A stretch of 58,690 bases of DNA, counting the filler, from Sphacelaria rigidula (Eukaryota), in assembly GCA_964200075.2 (NCBI GenBank). It is 4 parts of 4 records of this genome, joined end to end, with 100 filler letters (N's around TTAATTAATTAA, not from the genome) between each part and the next. Parts side by side here need not be neighbours in the genome. Positions count along the whole stretch, not along the records: positions 1 to 14,601 come from CAXNAA020002152.1; 3 more parts are not named here. One strand, given 5' to 3'. The notes under the pieces were generated by a model, which saw only the letters and a list, made by a program, of their open reading frames with translations, was not told where the DNA came from and made no database searches. A program made the position numbers and the translations under genes. Of the stretch, positions 1 to 10,228 are shown piece after piece; within the stretch, counting starts at the first letter, position 1; every line of letters starts with the position of its first letter.

Positions 1-244
1 AATGTGTCTCAGCCAATCAGCGCCCTTCAGACTGTTCCGAGATCGAAATTACGAATACCAAGCCCAATTTTCGCCCAATCTCTACATGCTTCAAATCGTA
101 GTAACAGTGGTCGACACGGGAATCTAACGAGAAAATCACATTTTCAAAGCGGCTACTACGGGAGTCAAATTATACCGGAAACCGTGATGTTTCGGTGATG
201 TCGGGTGTTGGCGTCGTCTAATTTCCACTAATAATGGTACGCAC

Positions 245-415
245 GAAAGACCCAGGGAGCCTCGTGATGGTGTCCCCTACATCTGTTCTAGAAAAGCTCA
301 TATCGCCCTCATACTCGGCGGTTCCGTATGTGTTGATGCTCAAAATGGAAAAATTGTATTCTTGACAATATATCATGGTTTCTCCGTTCTTTACCGGCTT
401 CCAAGGGTCTTCATG
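245..415 (-). CDS. Candidate internal exon of an unknown protein (HEDPWKPVKNGETMIYCQEYNFSILSINTYGTAEYEGDMSFSRTDVGDTITRLPGSF)
   Basis: Open 57 codons, phase 0/0, bounded on the minus strand by cccag| and |gtgcgt, in non-repetitive sequence. Confidence 0.5.
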
Positions 416-639
416 CTGGGACCCCCGGAAGGCGGTACAGAATGCTCTCAGAGAAAAATAATGAAATGATGCGTCCCGGGAGGGTCCAAGGAACACATGT
501 ACAAAGTTTGGTGGAGACACTCGAAAACCTCATACAGTTTTTCTTGCCTTGACGTCAAATTCACCCCAAAAGACGTTTCCATCCTAAATCCAAGTAGTTA
601 GGAGTTGCACGTTTCAAGCCCACCTCCTCCACAAACGCG

Positions 640-1500
640 CAAACTTTCACGCTGTCATGAGGAGCTAGATCCTGAAACTTTGCATAAAAATGCTATGTAT
701 CATTACGCAATTTTTTACGGACGATGTGTTTCTACTAGTTGAGTTTTTCACCGCTCTTCGGGGGTCTGACGGAATCGAAGTCGTTTTTCGAAGTAGTCTC
801 CACTCTGGGACCCCAGGAAAACGGCACTATGTACCATATATATATATATATATTCACTACTATCTGCCTCCGCATAACCCAAGGATGGGCTCCACAAATT
901 TTCGTCGCAAAACTCGATCAACTGATGCTTGGATTTCCATGTTCACGTCAAAGAAGGCCCAAAAACGCCGTTTTGGCACTAAAATCGAGTAGATTGCGGT
1001 TTCACCGCGGCACGGCAAAGTTCATCGCACAAAAGAAAAAAGCCTCACGCCGTTTTGAGGAGTTAGGCCCCTAAATTTTGTGCAACTATGCTTTCGGTTA
1101 TTACGCAACTTTGAATGAGTTTTTTTTTTTTGCTAACGTTTCACGGGTTGCCCCAGCTGCGGCAACAACTGCTACGCCTTCCGCACCGAATGCAACCGCT
1201 GCCAGACTCCCAAGCTCGACACGGGTGGCGGTGGAGAAGGAGGCTACGGGGGCGGCAGCTACGGCGGGGGAGGGCGCGGTCGTGACAGGTAAAAAGAAGA
1301 AGAAAAACGTCCTCTGGTTTCACGTATGAAAAGGGGTCCGATTGGGTCGAGGTTTCCCCCCAACAACTGGGGCCCCGAAAAACGGTGAAAAAAGTCAAAC
1401 AGAAAAAAAAAAAATCGAAAGTTGCGTTATTACCCACAAAACATTCGTGCAAAATTTCAGGGTCTAACTCCTTGAAACGGCGTGAGGTTTTGCCGATGAG
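640..1500. repeat. Degenerate ~80-140 bp unit, twice direct (~640-780, ~1039-1140) and once inverted (~1365-1500); probable DNA-transposon end
   Basis: aaagcctcacgccgttttgaggagttaggcccctaaattttg..ttacgcaacttt (1039) matches the reverse complement of 1418-1490 and the copy at 641. Confidence 0.6.
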
Positions 1501-1534
1501 TGTTTTTTGGGTGATCAACGTGAACAAGCCTGTA

Positions 1535-1742
1535 GAGGTATCTAAAACTCGGCTCCCGGTATCCTGTTTTTTTTTGTTTTATTCTTCCAAGTAGAGTGAT
1601 GGCGATTCATCAAGTGATGAGAACCTTTGACCGCCAGGTCAGGTCCTCCTATGAACCGCGATCACTTTCACTTGAAAAAATGATACACACCTCAGAGCCA
1701 GCGAACAAACCAAGATATCGGCACCGGAGTTTGAGATACCTC
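1535..1742. mobile_element. ~210 bp TA-flanked MITE (Tc1/mariner-type), copy 1
   Basis: TA|gaggtatctaaaactcggctcccggtatcctg ... caagatatcggcaccggagtttgagatacctc|TA. Second copy at 7178-7387. Confidence 0.8.
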
Positions 1743-1749
1743 TATTATT

Positions 1750-2090
1750 TGACCCACAAACAGGGAAAATCGCCAGCACATGTGTTACGTCTTGGACACT
1801 TTGCATCACCCCACAGAGAGGAGCCTAGCCCACTTTTCAGATTCGCTCGGCTCGAAGGGCTGAACAACAATCCGTGTGCAATAAAATTTATGGCAATCTG
1901 CACAGATTATTGGGCAAACTGCCGTATGTTGGCGACAACGTATTATTGCACACGAATTATTGTTCAGCGGCCAATCTCGAAACCTCGGAGCCAAGCGAAT
2001 CTGAAAAAAATAGGCTAGGCTCCTCTCTGTGGGGTGGTGCAAAGTGTCCGAGACGTGTGTTGGCGATTTTCCCTCTTTGGGGGTCAAAAA
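1750..2090. repeat. Foldback (long inverted repeat) at the 5' part of the composite repeat
   Basis: acactttgcatcaccccacagagaggagcctagcc pairs with ggctaggctcctctctgtggggtggtgcaaagtgt. Same structure at ~7830-8128, one arm at ~12670-12900. Confidence 0.85.
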
Positions 2091-2161
2091 GTGGGTCAAA
2101 CGTCCCAAAAGTATACAATCCGTGGGCCAAAAATCTGTTTGCCATCACATCCGGCCTCAGA

Positions 2162-2279
2162 TCCTTTTGGAACCCACTGACGACTTTTGTTTTCGTGAAT
2201 CGGCATCATTTTGACTTGAAAATAACTGAAAACGATGCCGATTCACAAAAACAGAAATCGTCAATGGGTTCCAAAAGGG
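2162..2279. mobile_element. ~118 bp palindromic piggyBac-like MITE
   Basis: ~50 bp arms, ccttttggaaccc ... gggttccaaaaggg, followed by TTAA. Same termini as the TTAA-flanked element at 55974-56334. Confidence 0.7.
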
Positions 2280-2286
2280 TTAATAC

Positions 2287-2560
2287 CAAGGCTATACACG
2301 TTACACGTTCACGTTCACGTTACGTTCATCACTAAAAAAAATTAGCGTTCACGTTACGTGACGTGTATCACGTCAAAAAATATAACGTTACGTTCACACT
2401 ACGTTCATCACGTAAAACAAATTTGAAGTTACGTTAACGTTACATTTGAAAATTAACGTTCATCACGTGAAAGAAAATAAACATTCACGTTACGTTTCGG
2501 CCAAAACGTAAGGTGGACGTGACGTGTAACGCTATGGCACGTTTATCGTATACATCCCTG
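2287..2560. mobile_element. hAT-like MITE packed with (T)TACGTT/CACGTT subterminal repeats
   Basis: Termini caaggctatacacg / cgtatacatccctg, 8-bp flanks gttaatac / gtgaatag (6/8 match), dense ACGT-core repeats. Confidence 0.6.
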
Positions 2561-4665
2561 GTGAATAGGGCTAGTATTTATTTTGAAAGTATCTGGAGAC
2601 TGGCCGAAATCCTCAGACAGCGGGATTTTTCCAAATCTCTCTATGAAAAGCCATCAATTCCCAGAGACCTTTCTCTGTCTGGGATTTGACGTTCCATCAC
2701 ACACACTCCTGCCCTACAAGTGTAGTACAGTCAGTCCAAAAGTAGCTGTGCATGTTGCATGCAAAGTACCGTGGCAACAGCATAGGTGCTGCAGCACTCC
2801 GCGTGCATTCTCTTCATGACCGTAGGGCCAGGAATAGACAGTATAGTACAGTACAGGGCTTTTTCGGCGGCAGCGTTACTATTACAAAATAGCACGATGT
2901 TGCCCCTGCTGGTTGTGTTGACTGCTCGTATCGTTTCATACTCGTCGTGCCCGTCACCGATTACGAACTCTGTAGTATTCTGTGTACTGAGACGGTTGCA
3001 ACCGCACTACCAACTGTCACGTGAGTTTGTTATGTAGGGTATGGCACAAACCGTGTGCTGCACACACTGCACCACTTGCGACACGACTACTGTACCAAGC
3101 GGCGATCGGCTGAAGTAAGGGTTGGTACGCCTGTCATTAAGATCCCTATTATACCAGTAGGTACTGCGTGTGTGCGTGTGCGTGCGTGTGTGTGTGTTAT
3201 CATCCCATCTATCCTGTACCTCGACGGGGTTATTTACGTGTTACTTTACCGCAGGTGAGACAAGCACAAAATGCACATGATGACAACTACATATACCGCC
3301 GTCTGCACGCAGGCTAAATGATGGGCTCGGGTGTACAAATCCCCAGCGTTTTCCATAGACTATAAGGTGGGGTTTTGAAAACCGATACCACTGAAAGAAG
3401 TCTCTAAGTCAGTCCGGACGACTTTTCTCAGAGACTCTTTTCAGTCTACAACAAGCGGCCTCACTCATATCATCAGTTCTCACTGGAGTCTAAACAGATT
3501 TGAGCAAGGTCACGCACAACGTGCACAGCTGATAAGCAGCTACGCATATGCCACAAATGTCGAAATTATTGCTGCCCAACAATTGTACAATCTTCCATCC
3601 GTGTTACTCAAGTTGGTCAACCTTATCCGGAGCCACAATCCGATAACACATGCAATGATTGGTACAGCCACGATCACTACTACTGCAACAGCCTCTCTTG
3701 ACCATATTATATTTTCGACTTGCGTCACCCACGGGAGGCCCGTACCAACCTCCCGAAGGGGAACCTTATTGTATAGCATATATATATATATAATATTTCG
3801 AACTCACGAGCGTCAAGCATACTTTGTAACGAGGCGTCCACGAGCTTTAGTGCTGATTTTAATGTGTAAGTTCCTCTGCACCCGCCCCGGGAGATGACTG
3901 TTCGGGCTAATGCCAATGCTAGGGGTCCGGTTCACGGGTTCGTGCTACAGTTTGTTCGGTGGCACACAAGCGTTCGCGACCGTTCGAACGGACGCATGAT
4001 GCGGTGGTCCTGCAATTTTCCGGCGATTTATACTGGAATGGGTGTGTAATGCCCGCACCCGCCCGCACAGGAGCTTCCCATAATGTATATATATATATAT
4101 TGTAACTATGCTAACAGTATATGTAAGTTTGGCTATAGAAGATGAAATCTGGCGATCCGGGGTCAAGATGTGCGTCTACTGTGTAGCTGCAACGTGTAAA
4201 AGCGACCGCGCACGACGGCGGCATGAGTCCGAATCCTGTTTCGCCTACATGTTTTTTGCTCGTAGTGCGTGAGTAGGAAACTACTTCTTCACACCGAGAG
4301 TCGAAATCGAGTCCTGGGCCGGGTATCCTTTCCCTGCTGGTGGTGTCGTATAAGAACACAGTTGTTCTACACCGGGAGTCGATTTATTTTGTCTTCCATT
4401 GCAATCACCGCACTTTCTCTCATCATACATACCCGCGGTCCTACTCCTCATTGTCTCGCAAATTTTGTTCTCATCATCGTATTACCCCTCCCCACTTCCA
4501 TCAACCAGTATCGTCTTGTTTGTAAACAAACACAATAACCTCGAAGGCATCGGTGCGAGCAGAGGGAATGCTACCGTCGTGCTGCAATCTTTTTCCTATG
4601 CACTTTTTCTCATATCGTTCCACCCGCAATCGAGTACTCCTTCTCGCGTCTTATTTCTTCGGTAT

Positions 4666-5025
4666 GGTTGGTTGATTGATTGATTGATTGATTGTCGCAC
4701 TTGAACTGACCACCCACGGGTCCAGCCGTGGTCGCATCATAGACGTAAAAAAAGCAAAACTGACTCACTCGTTGAAGAAAACAAAGGAGCAGAGAAAAGT
4801 CGAACAGAACGACACAGTAGACTAAAACGTGCAAAAAAATATAAAAATAAAGAAGGAAAAAAATCAGCAACAGCAAAGCACAGAAAGAGGTGGACGACAT
4901 GAAAAAAAATGGAATCAAATAATTAAAAAAAGGAAGAAGCCCAAGGGATTTTTCAGGGCAGCAGACTAGATCCAGACACACACCAGTGGCCACCGCAGAG
5001 CCACCGACTAAGAACATAATCAACA
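4666..5025 (-). mobile_element. RTE-type LINE 3' UTR fragment with (CAAT)n tail
   Basis: (ttga)n-ttgtcgcacttgaactgacc.. and the downstream A-rich tract match the 3' end of the RT-bearing copy at 26917-28500. Confidence 0.8.
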
Positions 5026-5059
5026 ACCTTTACAACATGAAATTGTAACCAATAATAAT

Positions 5060-5326
5060 TTTTCACGAGAGCGTGGCAAGGCAAGAATACCGCGACCCTC
5101 CAAGAAGACGGGCGGGACCGGGGCGCTCTACCGTCTTAGGTACCCACTTTTGCTCGTCGTTTATACCCGCAATCCTGGAGGAGTTCACGTGTGTTTTTGT
5201 TTTATATGCGAAATGGGCATTTCGAGAGAGGATCCATTCTCACGAGGGCTTGGTAAGGCAAGAATACCGAGGCCCTCGAAAAGACGGACGGGACCGGGGT
5301 GCCGCCCCGGGTCCCGTGCGGCTTGT
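5060..5326 (+). mobile_element. Helitron-like 3' end of a second family, with an internal ~177-bp-period duplication
   Basis: GC hairpin cgggaccgggg-tgccg-ccccgggtcccg then gcggCTTGT. aaggcaagaataccg..aagacgg.cgggaccgggg is present twice. Confidence 0.5.
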
Positions 5327-5342
5327 AATATATAATATAATA

Positions 5343-5916
5343 CTCCCTCTGGCCGGGAATTTAAGGCCGATAAAGACAGTATGCGCAGAAGTCAAGCTGA
5401 ACATAGAAGGAGCAGGTCGGGAGTTCGATTCCCACCTAAAACATATCTTTTTCTTCGAAAAACACATTTTTTAATATTTGTTTTCCCTTGATACTACTGT
5501 TTTTTGGCTTCAAAGGTCCCGATTTTTGGCACCATGTAGTTTTGCATCCGGTCAGCGAGAAAGACTTGGTTTTCTTTTCCGAGGAGCACGTCTACACGTT
5601 GCCACGTATAGCCACGATAGCACACAAAAAAACAGACCGAAGAAAAACCTTCTCCTCGCTTCGCCATGAGAAAAAGACGACACATCTTTTTCCTTGCTGA
5701 CCAAATTGGCGGAAAATCCGGCCGGGCAAAACAAAATCCATGGGAGGGCACGAATATCAACCATCCCCTGTTTTTTTTGGCATTTCTTGAACGGTACTAA
5801 CGATGGGAGCACAAAAAAAAAAATGATGCCACAATACCTTTTGTAACGCCCTCAATAACACATCGGCCTTATATTCTCGATATCCTTATCGGCCTTATAC
5901 CCCCGGCCAGAGGGAG
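5343..5916. mobile_element. 574 bp Stowaway-like (mariner) MITE
   Basis: TA|ctccctctggccgggaatttaaggccgataa ... ttatcggccttatacccccggccagagggag|TA. Confidence 0.9.
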
Positions 5917-5983
5917 TATATATTAAGGAGAAGAAGAATTTGTATGATATAGACCTATAATTTAGTCTTATAATATATTTTAC

Positions 5984-8128
5984 ACAAGGTTCCCCTTCGG
6001 GAGGTTGGTACGGGTCTCCCGGGGGTGACGCAAGTCGAAAATATATGGTTAAAATAGGCTGTTGTATCCCCATGTATAACAGTGTTCGTGGTTGTACAAA
6101 ACATCGGATGGTGGCTCCGGATAAGGTTGCCCAACTTGAGTAACACGAATGGAAGATCGTACAATCGTTGGGCGGCAATAATTTCGACATGTGTGGCATG
6201 TGCGTAGCTGCTCACCAGCTATGCACGTTGTGCGTGACCTAATAAATCTGCTCAGAACCTATTGAGAAATGATGTTTTTTGTGAGGCCGCTTCTCACGGA
6301 CTGACAAGAGTCTCTGAAAGTAACGTCATTCCGGACTACTTTTCTCAGAGACATTTCATTGAAATCAGTTTTCAAAACCCCACCATTTAGCTTGTAGAAA
6401 ATGCTGGGGATTTGTACACCCGAGGCCATCATCAAGCCCGCGTGAAGACGGTGGTATATCATCGTGGTAATCATTTGCATCTTGTGCTAGTCCCAACTGC
6501 GGTGAACTAATACGTAAATAATCCCGTCGAGGTACAGGATAGACGGGATGACGACACACACACACATACACACACGCACACGCACAGTAGCTAAAGGTAT
6601 CAAAAGGATCGAAATGACAGGCACATCAACCCTTACTTCAGCCGATCGCCGCTTGGTACAGTTGTACTGTCGCAAGCGGTGCAGTGTGTGCAGCATACGG
6701 TTTGTGCCATACCGCACACAACAAACTCACGTGACAGCCGGTAGTGCGGTAGCAACCGTCCCAGTACAGAGAATACTACATAGTTCGAAATCGGTGGCGG
6801 GCGCGATGAGTATGACACGATACGAGCAGTCAACACAGCCAGCATGAGCGCCATCGTGCTATTTTAAAGTGGTGAAGCTGTCGATAAAAAAAGCACCGTA
6901 CTATAATGTCTGTCCCTGGTCCTACGATCATGAAGAGGATACACGAAGTGCTGCAGTACCTATGCTGTTGCCATGGTACTATACATGCAACATGCACGAC
7001 TACTTTTGGACCATCTGTACTACACTTGTAGGCGAGGAGTGTGTGATGGAACGTCAATGCCCAGATAGAGAAACGTCTCTGGAAAAAGATGGCTTTTACC
7101 AGAGAGATTTGCAAAAATCCCGGGAATTCATCAGTTTCCAGAGATTCGCTCCTCTCATAAATGTGGAATATTTGGTACCAGAGGTGTCCCAAACTCGGCT
7201 CTCGGCATCGTGGTTCGTCTTGTCCTATTTTTTCAAGTGAAAGTGATGCCGTTTCATCAGATAGTGAGACCCTTTGACCGCCAGGTCAGGTCCTCCCATG
7301 AATCGCGATCACATTCACTTGAAAAAATAGGGCACCACTCAGAGCCAGCGAATTCACCAGGATACCGGGAGCCGAGTTTGAGATACGTAAATATCAAACA
7401 TGACGCACCGCAAATCCAAGCCAGACCGCAACAAGCAAATTTGTGCATTTGTTCATCCCTGCTATCGCATTCCCCGTTACGCGTCTCTTCTGTTTTCCGC
7501 TGAAATCGTGCCATACGCAATGCCGGGAGCCTGTCCCTCCCGGTCCGACTACGGTATTAATGTATCGTGAATACACGATGTGATTCAAACAATCTCAATC
7601 TCCGTGACTGACCCATTCGTTTGCATCGACCGTTCCACAATTAATTGCCCTCACATTAGCCAAGATTGTATACTTTCGTACCCATTCCACAAGCCTCAGA
7701 TCCCGCTACGCTCCGATCTTCCACCTCTTTTCATGAAAAATGGCCCTACGGTGTGAAGGCCGGATGTTTGTGGCGAACACATTTTTGGCCCACGGATTGT
7801 TCACTTTTGGGACCTTGGACCCACGTTTTGATCCCCAAACAGGGAAAATCGCCTACACACGTCTCGTACACTTTGCATCACCCCACAGAGAGGAGCTTAG
7901 CCTACTATTCAGATTCGCTTGGCTCCGAGGTTTCGAGATTGACCGCTGAACAATAAGTCGTGTGCAATAACCTGTGCTTACCAACATCACTCTGCCCAAT
8001 AATCTTTGGAGATCGCCATAGATTTTTATGCACGCGGATTATTGTTCAGCGGCCACTCTCGAAACCTTGGAGCCAAGCGAGCCTAAAAAGTGGGCTAGGC
8101 TCCTCTCTGTGGGGTGATGCAAAGTGTG
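5984..8128 (-). mobile_element. Helitron-like composite repeat, copy 2 (most complete)
   Basis: Reverse complement of 12670-14530 and 2595-3772. Minus-strand end reads gggagacccgtaccaacctcccgaaggggaacCTTGT. Confidence 0.65.
7178..7387. mobile_element. ~210 bp TA-flanked MITE, copy 2, nested in the composite repeat
   Basis: Homologous to 1535-1742, TA on both sides, and absent from the paralogous site at ~13330-13350. Confidence 0.85.
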
Positions 8129-8618
8129 TAAAACAATCGTTTTCGATCGAAAACATGCGGTCGAAAGGCACGAAGCGGCGCTTCACTCCTATCTTACAGA
8201 TTACCACGCCAGATACCACCTGTTCGCAGGACCATGCAAACTCAATCCAACTATTTCTCAGCTACCTAGCCGTAAATTCCGCTCGGGTGCTTTAGTCGTT
8301 AGTGCACGTGCATGTAATTACACTTGTGTTCGGAGAAAAACACCTGAGCCCTCTGAACCCATGGCTGCGGATTTATTGTACTGCACGATCTTGTTTCGGA
8401 AATGAGTAGAGTAGAAACCCCCGAGCCGTCCAACCCCATGGTTGCGAACTTAATGAGCTGTACGGTCTTGTTTCGAAAAAAAGTAGTACAGTCTGTGATG
8501 TTGCCAGATGATGTCGCCTAGCTATAGCTACCTGCCTACCTAGCCATATATCCCGCAGGAGGTCAGCGAGGGAAATGCAGTGCTGATTCCCTGTCACGAT
8601 AAAAATTCAAAAGGCAAC

Positions 8619-8663
8619 CACCATATAAAGGTACAGCTCCGCATCGAGGACATTGTAGTTCAC
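8619..8663 (-). CDS. Candidate short exon (VNYNVLDAELYLYMV)
   Basis: taagcag| acceptor, open in phase 0, GT donor after 8619 or 8622. Phase-compatible with 8910-8964. Confidence 0.3.
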
Positions 8664-8909
8664 CTGCTTACAGTGATATTTGTTTCACTGGACTCAGGTT
8701 TTTAAGCTGTATATATTATTGCCTGGTAGGTGCAGCCCTGTATACAGGACTATGTCTACTGTAGACACATTCGCCGTCTACCCTCAAATCTCATTTTGAT
8801 CATACTAAATCAACCATAGATAATAAAACCAAAAAACAGGTGTTTAAGCATCTTCGGTACACTGTGTCTGTCTGTGCAGTACTGCCTAAGCGTCCTACTT
8901 GCTCCACAC

Positions 8910-8964
8910 CTCCATCTGGTATAAATCTTCATGGCGCAACACGCGAGCGGCGGCCACGAGTATC
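8910..8964 (-). CDS. Candidate short exon (ILVAAARVLRHEDLYQME)
   Basis: cgtag| acceptor, gag|gtgtgg donor, open frame ending in phase 0. Confidence 0.35.
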
Positions 8965-9400
8965 CTACGCACGTAGATGTAGACAAGTACGATGTAGACA
9001 AGTATTCCGACGGTGAGGCGACCGCCATCGCCGAGCAATTGCTCTACGGTAGTCAGGGGCGTTTGTGGCGGTAGTCATGGTGCGACATCCAAACGCATGC
9101 TGCGTACACTCGGCACATTCTACACTGTAAGGTCCAGTACGCTGCAGACCGCACGTGCAGCCGTGGCACGATACGCTACAGACTACACAGCAAACATATG
9201 AGGCGTAATAATCACCTGGTTGACAACCACACCACCGTCTGTGTTCTGACTCTCACAGCTATGTGCCTCTCATGCACTCCCGGTCCCTTCCGCCGTAGAG
9301 TACTGTAGGCGTTTTGAGTTGTTAACAAAGAATGATCCTGAACCCAAAAAGTGGAGTGTCTACCTCAGTCTACCAGCGGGGGGGTCGCCGTCTGCGTTAA

Positions 9401-9502
9401 GCCTTTGGACCGCGTCGCCGGTACTCCATCTCAATCACACATGCTATTTTCAAGTGAATATTGATGCCGATTCAACAGGTGACCTGCCCTCGCGGTCGAA
9501 GG
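9401..9502. mobile_element. Decayed ~100 bp piggyBac-like MITE
   Basis: TTAA|gcctttggaccgcg ... cgcggtcgaagg|ATAA. Confidence 0.4.
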
Positions 9503-9737
9503 ATAAACACCAATATCCTCTTTCGACTTATTCTCATTAATATTCTTGAACATGCTTTTGCGGACTGTTAAGTTCGCACAACGGGGACCCACATGACCTA
9601 GACATGACGCTATTAGACGCTGCATGTCAAACCCAAAGAGTGAGGGATCTCAGATGTTCCGACCTGTGTTTGCGGTGAAGAAATGCCCCGCCATGAACAC
9701 GCTGCTTTGGTTCGGGTTCTTCAGAGTTTACACGGTC

Positions 9738-10228
9738 TTGAGGAGGCTTTTGTGGTTCGGGATCGACACCCTGCGAAAAAAAGCCAGTGTGGGCGACTTT
9801 CCTTGGCCAGAACACGCGCCACAGGTACCAGATGGCACTCAAACTTGAACTGTAACGTACCGCTGACCCCTCTTCGTGCACTGCAAAAGAAAGCGAGGGC
9901 TAAGATGCCTTGCAGCCAGAGAACACTCGGCAAAAGTGGTGAAAAATGCGAAATGATACATGTACATATAATATGTGAAATGTAATATATGAAATATAAT
10001 ATATGTACATCATTTCACTTTTTTCACCACTTTTGCCGAGTTTTCTCTGGCGGCAAGGCATCTCATCACGCGCTTTCTTTTGCAGTGCACGAAGGAGGCG
10101 CAGCGGTACATTGCCGTTCAGGTTTGGGTGTCATCTGATACCTTTGGCGCGTGTTGTGGCCATCGAAAGTCGCCCGCACTGGCTCTTTTCCGCGGGGTGT
10201 CGATCCCGAACCACAAAAGCCTTCTCAA
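9738..10228. repeat. ~490 bp foldback with ~230 bp arms around an AT-rich centre
   Basis: ggcttttgtggttcgggatcgacacc..ctcggcaaaagtggtgaaaaa pairs with tttttcaccacttttgccgag..ggtgtcgatcccgaaccacaaaagcc. Single arms at ~12290-12535 and 14702-14760. Confidence 0.9.

Larger units (their letters stand above)
1750..3772 (+). mobile_element. Non-autonomous Helitron-like composite repeat, copy 1 (internally deleted, with nested MITEs)
   Basis: Collinear with 5984-8128 (-) and 12670-14530 (+). Ends in a gggagg..cctccc hairpin followed by gaaggggaaccttattgt. Confidence 0.6.
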
